Origin: an uncultured Gammaproteobacteria bacterium
GTDB taxonomy: Bacteria > Patescibacteriota > Microgenomatia > UBA8517
Direction of reading: 5' to 3'
Length of the DNA stretch: 61,853 nt
Assembly: GCA_964430475.1 (NCBI GenBank)
Contig: CAYSEQ010000005.1
Coordinates: 1-61,853, forward strand
In this document: positions 40,032 through 48,699 of the stretch, piece by piece
Position numbering within the stretch: position 1 is the stretch's first letter
Layout of the letters: each line of letters begins with the position of its first letter
Notes under the pieces: model-generated
The model's input: the letters and a program-made list of their open reading frames with translations, nothing else
What the model was told of the DNA's origin: nothing
Database searches by the model: none
Program-made: the position numbers and the translations under genes

Positions 40032-40685
40032 ATGGATATAACTTTTTTGGGACATTCTGCTTTCAAGATTCGCGGTAAAGACGCAGTGGTTTTGACTGAC
40101 CCCTTTGACCCAAAGGTGGTGGGTCTAAGATATCCCAAGGTTGAAGCTGATATTGTGACCATCTCCCATAAGCATTCTGACCATAATTTTTTGGAGAGAG
40201 TTGAGAAGGCAAAAATGGTTATTTCAGGTCCTGGTGAATATGAGATTTCATCTGTTTCAATTATGGGTGTTGCAAGTTTTCACGACGATAGAAAAGGAGA
40301 GCTGAGGGGAAAGAATACGATATTTGTTTTTGAGATTGATGGTTTGAGGATTGCTCATTTAGGGGATTTGGGTCATAGGCTTGGTGATAAAATTTTGGAA
40401 GATATCGGAAGTGTTGATATTTTGATGATACCTGTGGGGGGAATATATACAATTGGTTCTCGAATAGCTAATGAGATAGTAAGAGATATAGAACCCACAA
40501 TAACCATTCCGATGCATTATAAGGTTGAGGGTATTAATGAGGAAATTTTTGGTAAGCTTGAGAAAGTTGATAATTTTCTTTCTGATATAGGATTGCCGGT
40601 TGAAAAAATTGATAAATTGAGTATAAAAAAAGTTGCATTATCTGAAGAGGACAAAAAGGTGGTGGTTCTTGAAGTTAAATCCTAA
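40032..40685 (+). CDS. MBL-fold metallo-hydrolase
   Basis: ITFLGHSAF, ISHKHSDHN, HLGDLG, IPMHY. Confidence 0.9.
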   Translation: MDITFLGHSAFKIRGKDAVVLTDPFDPKVVGLRYPKVEADIVTISHKHSDHNFLERVEKAKMVISGPGEYEISSVSIMGVASFHDDRKGELRGKNTIFVFEIDGLRIAHLGDLGHRLGDKILEDIGSVDILMIPVGGIYTIGSRIANEIVRDIEPTITIPMHYKVEGINEEIFGKLEKVDNFLSDIGLPVEKIDKLSIKKVALSEEDKKVVVLEVKS

Positions 40686-40776
40686 AAAAAGAAAGATCTA
40701 GGTTATTTTAAATTTCCTAAATTGAAGTTCTTATAATACCTTTAGAGTTTTAAAAGTTGTAGATTTGCTAGATAAA

Positions 40777-42099
40777 ATGCCTGATCAATTACCTGTACGA
40801 ATTCCTCCACACTCTCCAGAAGGAGAAGAATCTGTTCTAGGAGCTCTTTTTTTGGACAAAGATGCAGTGGTGGCAGTCGCGGAATTTCTAAAGCCAGACG
40901 ACTTTTACGATGAAAGACATAAAGAGATTTATGAGACCTTTCTTGAGCTTTATGAAGAAAGAATCCCCATTGACATCCTAACGGTTTCTGAAAGGTTAAA
41001 AAAAAGAAAGAGTCTTAAGAAAGTTGGAGGAGTAAGTTATCTTGTTGAACTTGCCAATAAGGTTCCTACAGCCGCGCATGTAGAACATTATGGGAGGATT
41101 GTTAAGGAAGCTTCCACTAAAAGATCTTTAATGAAAGCTGCCAGCAAATTAATAGATCTTTCGATGGATGAGTCTTTGGCAGCTGACGAGCTTCTTGATA
41201 AGGCTGAGGCGGAAGTATTTTCCTTAACTCAAAAACATCTTGAGAAAACTTTTATAGCGGTAAGAGACGCTCTAGCGGAAAGCTTTGATAGACTTGATGA
41301 ATTACATAAACAAGGAGAAGGTCTAAGGGGAGTACCGACCGGTTTTAAAGATTTAGACGATACCTTAGCGGGACTTCAAAAGTCTAATTTAATAATTTTG
41401 GCTGCAAGACCGGGAGTTGGCAAAACTACGCTGGCGTTAAACATCGCTCAGAATTTATCCGTTAAATATAAAAGACCCGTTGGATTTTTCTCTTTAGAAA
41501 TGAGTAAGGAGGAGCTTGTAGATAGACTTTTGGTTGCCCAAGCAGATATTGATGCTTGGAAGTTGAAAACCGGAAAACTTTCAGAGGAAGACTTTACGAG
41601 ACTTTCGAATGCTATGGGAGAATTGGCTGAAGCCCCACTTTTTATTGATGATACTCCAGCACAAACAATTCTGGAAATGCGCACGAAAGCAAGAAGACTG
41701 CAGGTTGAGAGTGGAATTGATCTTTTGGTTGTTGACTATTTACAGCTTGCTCGATCAAGACAGTTGGAGAATAGGGTACAAGAAGTTTCTGAAATTTCCC
41801 AAGGACTTAAGAATTTAGCACGCGAGCTAAAGATTCCCGTACTTGCAGTCTCTCAACTTTCTAGGGCAGTTGAGCAAAGAGGGGAGAAAAGACCTCAACT
41901 TGCGGATCTTAGAGAGTCAGGAAGTATTGAGCAAGATGCAGATGTTGTGATGTTTTTGTGGAGGGAAGAAGAGGAAAACCTTGAGAATATTAATCTTGAT
42001 GTGGCAAAACACAGAAATGGACCCTTACGCTCAATTAAGCTTTTCTTTAGAGGTGATAGGATGAAGTTCTACGGAAGGGAGACGAAAAGGGAAGAGTGA
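40777..42099 (+). CDS. dnaB: Replicative DNA helicase, no intein
   Basis: PPHSPEGEESVLG, AARPGVGKT, FSLEM, DYLQL, DLRESGSIEQDAD. Confidence 0.97.
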   Translation: MPDQLPVRIPPHSPEGEESVLGALFLDKDAVVAVAEFLKPDDFYDERHKEIYETFLELYEERIPIDILTVSERLKKRKSLKKVGGVSYLVELANKVPTAAHVEHYGRIVKEASTKRSLMKAASKLIDLSMDESLAADELLDKAEAEVFSLTQKHLEKTFIAVRDALAESFDRLDELHKQGEGLRGVPTGFKDLDDTLAGLQKSNLIILAARPGVGKTTLALNIAQNLSVKYKRPVGFFSLEMSKEELVDRLLVAQADIDAWKLKTGKLSEEDFTRLSNAMGELAEAPLFIDDTPAQTILEMRTKARRLQVESGIDLLVVDYLQLARSRQLENRVQEVSEISQGLKNLARELKIPVLAVSQLSRAVEQRGEKRPQLADLRESGSIEQDADVVMFLWREEEENLENINLDVAKHRNGPLRSIKLFFRGDRMKFYGRETKREE

Positions 42100-42104
42100 T
42101 AAAG

Positions 42105-42360
42105 TTAGTTAAAAGTTAAAAATTAAAGTTCAAAATTAAAAAATTCTAATTAAGAAGCTAGAATTTTGTATTTTGTATTTGTTTGGAATTTAGGATTTAG
42201 GATTTGGAATTTGTTTAGAATTTAGAGATCAGAATTTAGGATTTAAAAATTTTGTTATTTGTCATTTGTAATTTGTATTTTGAAATTGTTTAGAATTTAG
42301 CCTGTCTGCCGCCTAGGCAGGGATTTAGAATTTAAAAAATTAGGATTTAGGATTTTGAAG
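42105..42360. repeat. Heptamer-periodic low-complexity array with embedded palindrome (42301-42321)
   Basis: Runs of AGGATTT/AGAATTT/TGTATTT-like 7-mers; CCTGTCT-GCCGCCT-AGGCAGG. Confidence 0.8.
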
Positions 42361-42365
42361 CAGAA

Positions 42366-42719
42366 ATGCCAAAGCCTTTAGTAAGAATTAAAAGAATTTA
42401 TAATGAACCTTCAAAAGAAGATGGTTTTCGGATACTTGTGGATAGACTTTGGCCGAGAGGGCTTTCTAAAAAGAAAGCGAAGGTGGATTTATGGTTAAAA
42501 GATGTTGCTCCTTCTGATAGTCTAAGAAAGTGGTTTAATCACGATCCTAAAAAATGGGAAGAATTTATTGAAAGGTACTCCAAAGAATTAAGTCAAAATA
42601 AAGCGCTTCAAGAATTAAAAAAAACATTTAAGGATAAAAAGGTTATCAGTTTACTTTTTGGAGCAAAAGACGAAACGCACAATAATGCTGTGGCTCTTAA
42701 AATAATTCTTAATAAATAA
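42366..42719 (+). CDS. DUF488 (YeaO) family protein
   Basis: DGFRILVDRLWPRGLSK, WLKDVAPSDSLRKWFNHDP, HNNAVAL. Confidence 0.92.
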   Translation: MPKPLVRIKRIYNEPSKEDGFRILVDRLWPRGLSKKKAKVDLWLKDVAPSDSLRKWFNHDPKKWEEFIERYSKELSQNKALQELKKTFKDKKVISLLFGAKDETHNNAVALKIILNK

Positions 42720-42837
42720 GGTAATAGTGTTTGTAGACAAGCTTAGAGGCTTGATTTAGATTTTATACAGATTTCTGAAGTGTTTATGAGTTTGGTAAAA
42801 TCCTCTCAATATCAAATTAATCTTTAAGAAAAGTTCT

Positions 42838-43599
42838 ATGTCAAAGAACCCTGAAAGTTTGTCCAAGCATGAAGATAATTTGGTAGTAGGATTTTCTAAA
42901 GAAGATGCTAGGAAGGTTAGAATACACTTAGAAAGACTTTTACCCTACCTTGTTCCTGATGAGTTTGTTTTTGTCGGAGGGATTGCTATTCGCTACCATC
43001 TCAATAAAGCAGGGATTAGTTATCCTCCTAGACCCTTTAATGATTTAGATATTATCGTTAAAAGTTCTGAAACTCTTCTTCCTTCGGTTAAGACGGATTT
43101 CCTTATCTACCATTATCATCCTAATAAGAATGGTTGGTTTTTTGTTGCTTTAGTAGATCCGGTTTCAAAAACCAAAGTTGATATCTTTCCCTATGATCCT
43201 GCTCCTGAGGAAACGATTCAGGTCAATTTTGGAGGGTATCAGGTAAGGTTGGTAAGCTCTGAGGACCAACTTATAAAAACTGCACTTGATATAAGAAGAG
43301 TTTCTCCCAAGATAAAAGTTGATCCAAAACAGTTTTCCGACGCTGACTATTTACTCAAGATCGTGGATTTGAATAAGGCGGAAAAGATTTGGCGTAGGAA
43401 ATTTTACGCATTGTACGGAACAACGCTTTCTGAGACGATACAAACTGCCAAAAATATTGCTTTACTTCATCCCGAGTGGATTAAGGAAAAACCATTTAGA
43501 AAACCCAACCCTTATGTTTGTAAAGACTGCGAAAGTACTCCAGATTTCCCTCTGACTCCCATGGAGGAGGTTTATAAGGTCTTGGGATATATAGAATAA
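42838..43599 (+). CDS. Nucleotidyltransferase-superfamily protein (AbiEii/DUF1814-like)
   Basis: FVFVGGIAIRYH...RPFNDLDII...KVDIF...KQFSDADYL. Confidence 0.6.
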   Translation: MSKNPESLSKHEDNLVVGFSKEDARKVRIHLERLLPYLVPDEFVFVGGIAIRYHLNKAGISYPPRPFNDLDIIVKSSETLLPSVKTDFLIYHYHPNKNGWFFVALVDPVSKTKVDIFPYDPAPEETIQVNFGGYQVRLVSSEDQLIKTALDIRRVSPKIKVDPKQFSDADYLLKIVDLNKAEKIWRRKFYALYGTTLSETIQTAKNIALLHPEWIKEKPFRKPNPYVCKDCESTPDFPLTPMEEVYKVLGYIE

Positions 43600-43724
43600 T
43601 TTTATTAAAAAGATTGAAGTTAGGAAGTTGTGTCTTTTGCACCTTTTTCTTGGGGATTTTAAAGATAGCCTGAATATTTTTGCCACTCGCGACAGGCTTC
43701 TGATTGTTTATTTTTTCTTGCAGG

Positions 43725-43810
43725 TGCCCAGGGTGGGAGTCGAACCCACACGAGCTTTTAGGCTCATAGCTTTTTGAGAGCTACGTGTCTGCCAATTCCA
43801 CCACCTGGGC
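43725..43810 (-). tRNA. tRNA-Leu(CAA)
   Basis: GCCCAGG acceptor stem, GGAATTGGCAGACAC D-arm, anticodon stem TAGCT/AGCTA with loop CTCAAAA, long variable arm, GGTTCGACTCC T-arm; CCA not fully encoded (ACCT). Confidence 0.93.
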
Positions 43811-43981
43811 GTATACTTTCTTTTTTTGACAACCTCTTATTCCTACTTCGTAGGAAAGCTTTTGTCGCTTCGTCGAGTTCAACTCGACTTCGCTTTTGCT
43901 AAAGCTTTTCTTCCTCGCTTTGCTCGGAATTCATTACGCTCGCACGAGAGCTTAAGTGTCTGCCAATTCCACCACCTGGGC
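43811..43981. mobile_element. Hairpin-rich mini-insert bounded by a duplicated tRNA-Leu 5' half
   Basis: 43956-43981 is identical to 43785-43810 (26 bp); palindromes TCCTAC/GTAGGA, GTCGAGTT/AACTCGAC and AAAGCTTT x2 lie between. Confidence 0.55.
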
Positions 43982-44057
43982 TTATTTGAAGCATATTTTA
44001 ACGCAGAACCGGCTTGTTAGTAAACCCCTATGGAGTATTCTGGATTCAAACAACCCC

Positions 44058-44096
44058 AAAACCTACAGGTGTCAACGTAAGACACCCGACGGGTGG
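44058..44096. repeat. 39-bp dispersed repeat, copy B, with palindrome CACCC-GAC-GGGTG
   Basis: 34/39 identical to 21692-21730, with a compensatory C-G/T-A change in the hairpin. Confidence 0.75.
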
Positions 44097-44099
44097 ACC

Positions 44100-44465
44100 A
44101 TTAAAGAAGCAAGAAGTAAGAATCAAGAATCTAGAATTAAGAATCAAGAATTTTTAATCATTAACCATTTTTTAGAATTTTGGATTTTGAGAATTTGAAA
44201 TTGTTTAGGATTTAGGATTTAGGATTTGGAATTTTTCTAGTATTTAGCTTGTCTGCCGCTAGGTGGAGATTTAGGATTTAGTATCTCTTAATCATTATTC
44301 ATTAACCATTAACCATTAATCATTATCCATTTTTTTGAAAATTTGGATTTTGAGTTTTGAAATTGTTTAGGATTTAGAATTTAGAGATTAGAATTTAGAG
44401 ATTAGAGATTCTTGACCACTAACTACTAACCACTAACAACCAACCACTAACTACTAACAACCGCT
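44100..44465. repeat. Heptamer-periodic array with several 7-mer types
   Basis: AGGATTT x3 (44207-44227), CATTAAC-type x4 (44300-44327), AGAGATT-type x4 (44383-44410), CACTAAC-type (44417-44437 and onward); degenerate palindrome copy near 44247-44266. Confidence 0.8.
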
Positions 44466-44512
44466 CTCCAACTTGTCTTTGTGCTGGGGGGAGGAGTAAA
44501 ATAGCATCCAGT

Positions 44513-45619
44513 ATGTCTTTGACTGATCCAAGAGTAGTAAAACAAGCCGAAATTTTAGTCAATTATTCAACCAAAGTTAAAAAGGGGGATAGGGTTTTGA
44601 TTGTAAGCGATTTTCCTGCAAGGCCCTTGGCCTTGGAGGTCTATAAAAAGGCAATCGTTGCTGGTGCTTCCGAAGTTAGGGTGCATTTTGATGTCGATGA
44701 ACAGGTAATCAGCCGTTCCTATAACGAATTCGCCGAAGCATTTTTTAAACTCGCCAAACCTTTTCAGATAAAAGCGTTTCCAAAACTTGCATTTGAAGAG
44801 ATAAAAGGCGTTGATGTCTGGATTAGAATCTACGCGCAGGTGAATACCAGAGGGTTTTCGAATTTAGATGCGAAGCTTATTTCGGAGCGGGCAAAGACAG
44901 TCCGACCTCTGATTGATTATCGGGTTCAAAATACGCGTTGGGTGATAACAAAATTCCCAACCGAAGCCCAAGCCCAGGAAGCTGATATGTCTTTAAGCGA
45001 CTATGAGGATTTTGTTTTTTCAGCTATTAACGAAGTTGATTGGGAGACCAAGAAAAGAGAGCAACAGAAACTAAAGAGGTTAGTAGATTCGGTAGATAAA
45101 GTAAAAATTATTGGTCCTGAAACCGATCTTTCTTTCTCGATAAAAGGTCGAAAAGCGGAAAATGGAGATGGGAGGTTTAATATGCCGGATGGTGAAGTAT
45201 TTACCTCTGTTGTTGAAGATTCAACTCAAGGATATATCACTTTTACATATCCAGCAATTTATTTGGGTAAGGAGTTTACGAATGTTTATTTAGAATTTGC
45301 GAGGGGTAGGGTTATAAAAGCAAAAGCAGATAAGGGAGAAAAAGATTTGAATAAAATTTTAGATATGGATAAAGGAGCCCGAATTATTGGGGAATTTGGT
45401 ATCGGTAATAACTTTAAAATTAAAAGATTTACCAAGGATATTTTGTTTGATGAAAAAATTGGTGGAAGCATACATCTTGCTTTAGGTAAAGGTTATAAGG
45501 AGACTTTGAGCAAAAACGAGTCTGCGCTCCACTGGGATATGATTAAGGATCTGCGAAGTGGGGGAGAGTTATGGTTTGACAAGCGTTTAGTTCAAAAAAG
45601 TGGCAAATGGGTTATATAA
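44513..45619 (+). CDS. Aminopeptidase, M29 (AmpS/AmpT) family
   Basis: NMPDGEVFT, GEFGIG, LFDEKIGGSIHLALG, SALHWDMI. Confidence 0.92.
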   Translation: MSLTDPRVVKQAEILVNYSTKVKKGDRVLIVSDFPARPLALEVYKKAIVAGASEVRVHFDVDEQVISRSYNEFAEAFFKLAKPFQIKAFPKLAFEEIKGVDVWIRIYAQVNTRGFSNLDAKLISERAKTVRPLIDYRVQNTRWVITKFPTEAQAQEADMSLSDYEDFVFSAINEVDWETKKREQQKLKRLVDSVDKVKIIGPETDLSFSIKGRKAENGDGRFNMPDGEVFTSVVEDSTQGYITFTYPAIYLGKEFTNVYLEFARGRVIKAKADKGEKDLNKILDMDKGARIIGEFGIGNNFKIKRFTKDILFDEKIGGSIHLALGKGYKETLSKNESALHWDMIKDLRSGGELWFDKRLVQKSGKWVI

Positions 45620-45625
45620 GAAGTT

Positions 45626-46186
45626 ATGGTAGAAGTAACAGATCTTAAAAACGGTGTAACCTTTTTATCAAATGGGAAACCCTATAAAGTGCTTAAGTAT
45701 TCCCATATTAAAATGGGAAGAGGTGGGGCAATTGTTAGGGTAGTTGTTAGAAATCTTGAAACCGGCGCAATTGAAGAGAAGACCTTTAGCTCGAATATTA
45801 AAGTTGAAGATATTTTAACCCAAAAAAGAAAATTACAATTTCTTTACCGGGATAATGTAAACGCAGTATTCATGGATGCCAAAACATTTGAGCAGGTGGA
45901 GGTACCTGTAAAAATTATAGAAGATGAATTAAAATACATAAAGGAGGGTCAAGAAGTAACCCTTCTTTTTTGGGAGGATAAAGCCTTATCCATTGAAATT
46001 CCTCCAAAAGTTGTTTTGAAGGTAATAGAGGCACCCCCTGGTGTTAAGGGAGATTCAGCTACAAATATTTATAAACTAGCCACATTAGAAAACAATCTTC
46101 AAATAAAAGTTCCACTTTTTGTCAATAGTGGTGAGAAGGTAGTGGTAGATACGAGAACCGGTGAATATGTTGAAAGAGCAAAATAG
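45626..46186 (+). CDS. efp: Elongation factor P
   Basis: HIKMGRGGAIVR, PPGVKGDSA, VDTRTGEYVER. Confidence 0.95.
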   Translation: MVEVTDLKNGVTFLSNGKPYKVLKYSHIKMGRGGAIVRVVVRNLETGAIEEKTFSSNIKVEDILTQKRKLQFLYRDNVNAVFMDAKTFEQVEVPVKIIEDELKYIKEGQEVTLLFWEDKALSIEIPPKVVLKVIEAPPGVKGDSATNIYKLATLENNLQIKVPLFVNSGEKVVVDTRTGEYVERAK

Positions 46187-46214
46187 GACTTAAATCCTTA
46201 AGAGACTAAAAGTC

Positions 46215-46676
46215 TTACTTTAATATCCATAAAAATGAAGCTAAGACGGTTAAGACTTGAGTTAGAAGGCCCGGAAGGATTGAGGCATCTACCTGAATCG
46301 ATTTTTGAAAGGCGACCCAACGCCTTATAAGTTTCCCACCTTTATTTAAGAAAAAATATGGTGCCTCGATAAGGTCGGGAAGTGCAGCGGCGAAGGATGC
46401 AACCAATATTATTAAAGCGCGTTTTAGGTCTGGTAGAGCAAGAGAAGCAATGCTAATTGCACAAAAAGCTGCCAAAAATGCATCAGCGAATACAATCCTT
46501 GTAGTTTGGGGAGTAATCTTGCCATACTTTGTCTTTTCTGTGTTAAGATGAGGATTCCAATGAGGCACTTTTTCAAGAACGAAATGACTTCCCAAAGCTA
46601 GTGGGATTGCAAGGACAGGGTTAGCCACTTTAAAAGCTATTGCGGCTCCCACAACTACATGTGGTGTTTCTAACAC
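46215..46676 (-). CDS. Membrane protein, possibly metal-dependent-hydrolase-like
   Basis: TPHVVVGAAI...SHFVLEKVPHW...PDLIE; GTG start. Confidence 0.6.
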   Translation of the reverse strand: MLETPHVVVGAAIAFKVANPVLAIPLALGSHFVLEKVPHWNPHLNTEKTKYGKITPQTTRIVFADAFLAAFCAISIASLALPDLKRALIILVASFAAALPDLIEAPYFFLNKGGKLIRRWVAFQKSIQVDASILPGLLTQVLTVLASFLWILK

Positions 46677-46732
46677 TTTCTAACTGGTATAATAGCTAAA
46701 ATCTCTATATTAAGTCAACAAGGAGAACCTTT

Positions 46733-47341
46733 ATGTCATTGTTTTTGAAATTAATTTTTATTGTTCTGGCCTCAACCTTCTTTTTGTATGTTTTTTGGAA
46801 AAGGCTAAAAGAGGATTATATGGACTACCAAATTTTTTCAACCGGATTTTATACACTTTTTGGAATAAGTTTGGGCAGCATTGTAGCTTCTTACTTTGCA
46901 CCTATCTGGTGGTTTTGGTTAAGTCTTTTGGGAGGGTTGATTGGTATCTTTTTAGGAATTTTGCGATTTAGACTTAAATTTATAGAAGTGCTGGAGGCAG
47001 GAATTTTGGGAGGGTTGATAATTCTTAACTTGTTTTTATCTTATTCTCTGATGATAACAAGAAATCTTGTACTTTTTTTGACTTTTGTTTTTGGGTTATT
47101 ACTTATCCTCCTTTTCTTACTTTTGGATAGACATTACAAAAAATTTACATGGTATAAATCTGGGAAGATCGGGTTCTCGGGTTTTACTACTGCGGGTATT
47201 TTTTTTCTTGTCAGATCTATAGTTGCCCTTTCTTTACCTAATATGCTATCCTTTGTAGGTAATTACGAAGTTTATATTTCAGCGATTGCTGCATTTGGAA
47301 GCTTTTTAACAGTTTTTAATCTTTCAAGGCTTGCAGAATGA
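46733..47341 (+). CDS. Polytopic membrane protein, hypothetical
   Basis: About 6-7 TM segments; 4-nt overlap with the next gene. Confidence 0.7.
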   Translation: MSLFLKLIFIVLASTFFLYVFWKRLKEDYMDYQIFSTGFYTLFGISLGSIVASYFAPIWWFWLSLLGGLIGIFLGILRFRLKFIEVLEAGILGGLIILNLFLSYSLMITRNLVLFLTFVFGLLLILLFLLLDRHYKKFTWYKSGKIGFSGFTTAGIFFLVRSIVALSLPNMLSFVGNYEVYISAIAAFGSFLTVFNLSRLAE

Positions 47342-47757
47342 GAAAGAAAAAAAATAAAAAAGAAAGTAAAAATTTAAAGAAAGGCAACACCAGTGTTATT
47401 AGGTTTCCGGTAAAACTACTTGAGCCAATTTCCGGATTCTTAAAACAACGGCTAGAAGAACTTAAAAAGCGAAAAGAAGAGATTGCTCGGGAGGATCCCT
47501 TTCGAAACCAAGAGAGACTTATTGACAATGCTTCACCTGACGCAGACGCTGCGGAACAATTTGGACATGCAAGAGCTTCCGCGATAAAAGAACAACTAGA
47601 CAGAAGAATAATTCAAACAAGGAAGGCGCTAGCTCGGATAAAGATCGGAAAGTATGGGATTTGCGAGGATTGTGGACAGATGATAGATACTGATCGTCTA
47701 ATGGTCTATCCTGAGGCTACTCTTTGCGCCAAATGTCAGGCAAAAAGGGAAAAATAA
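47338..47757 (+). CDS. TraR/DksA C4-type zinc-finger protein
   Basis: ALARIKIGKYGICEDCGQMI...RL...PEATLCAKC. Confidence 0.9.
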   Translation: MRKKKNKKESKNLKKGNTSVIRFPVKLLEPISGFLKQRLEELKKRKEEIAREDPFRNQERLIDNASPDADAAEQFGHARASAIKEQLDRRIIQTRKALARIKIGKYGICEDCGQMIDTDRLMVYPEATLCAKCQAKREK

Positions 47758-47912
47758 AAGGGGAGAAATTTTTGAAGGTATTATCAATTGTTTTTAAAAT
47801 AATAACTGAATAAGAAAGTTTTAGAACTTTTTAATTTTAACTTCACTTTAGACATTCACCTTAAGAAGATATATAAATTTATGGAAATAATCTAATTTTT
47901 TCTAATTGGTTT

Positions 47913-48641
47913 ATGGAATCTCCGAAAATTATTTTTCAAGACGAAAGTATTTTAGTATTGGATAAACCTGCGGGTTGGGTGGTTAATGAGGCGGAAACTG
48001 CGAAAAAAACGCCGGTTATTCAAACATGGCTGAAGAAAAATTTTAATTACGAGATAGTGAATAGCAGGGATTTAAGAAGTGGGGTTGTTCACCGACTTGA
48101 TAAAGAAACAAGTGGTATTTTATTAGTCGCAAAAAATAGAAAAGTTTTTGAATCTTTACAGCTTCAATTTAAAGAAAGGAGGGTAAGAAAGACTTATCTA
48201 GCTTTGGTTCATGGAAAGGTTGTTCCCAAGATTGGTGAGATAAAAGCGCCAATTGGACGGCTTCCCTGGAATAGGGAGAGATTTGGGATTTTGCCTGGCG
48301 GAAGAGATGCATTGACAGAGTATAAGGTAATTTCTTATTTTTTTCTAGCAAGTGAACTAAAGAATAATTTCTTTTCTCTAGTTGAGATTTACCCTAAAAC
48401 TGGAAGAACACATCAAATAAGAATTCATCTTAAATATCAAGGTTATCCAATAGTTTCTGATACCTTCTATTTAGGAAGGAAATTGGCAAGGAGGGATAGT
48501 ACCTTATGTCCGAGACTTTTTCTTCACGCAAAGGAGATATCTTTTGAGCATCCCGAGAGTAAGAAAGACTTAACCTTGAAATCAGAAATTCCTTTAGAAT
48601 TAAAGCTTGTGCTTAAAAAGTTGAAGAAGATTGAAACATAA
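47913..48641 (+). CDS. RluA-family RNA pseudouridine synthase
   Basis: DKPAG, HRLDKETSG, KTGRTHQIRIH, RLFLHA. Confidence 0.93.
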   Translation: MESPKIIFQDESILVLDKPAGWVVNEAETAKKTPVIQTWLKKNFNYEIVNSRDLRSGVVHRLDKETSGILLVAKNRKVFESLQLQFKERRVRKTYLALVHGKVVPKIGEIKAPIGRLPWNRERFGILPGGRDALTEYKVISYFFLASELKNNFFSLVEIYPKTGRTHQIRIHLKYQGYPIVSDTFYLGRKLARRDSTLCPRLFLHAKEISFEHPESKKDLTLKSEIPLELKLVLKKLKKIET

Positions 48642-48699
48642 TTTTATTAAAGTATCTTATTGAAATACCTTCCCAAACTTCTTAAGCTAAAATTAATAT

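Noticed and set aside
43811-43981. Group I intron splitting tRNA-Leu
   Set aside because: A complete uninterrupted tRNA is present, the insert is too short for a group I core, and the duplicated half would not pair well with the 3' anticodon stem
42105-44465. Repeat arrays as CRISPR
   Set aside because: Units are 7 nt, tandem and degenerate, with no 23-47 nt repeats separated by unique spacers; the only Cas4-like gene is 35 kb away with no cas1/cas2
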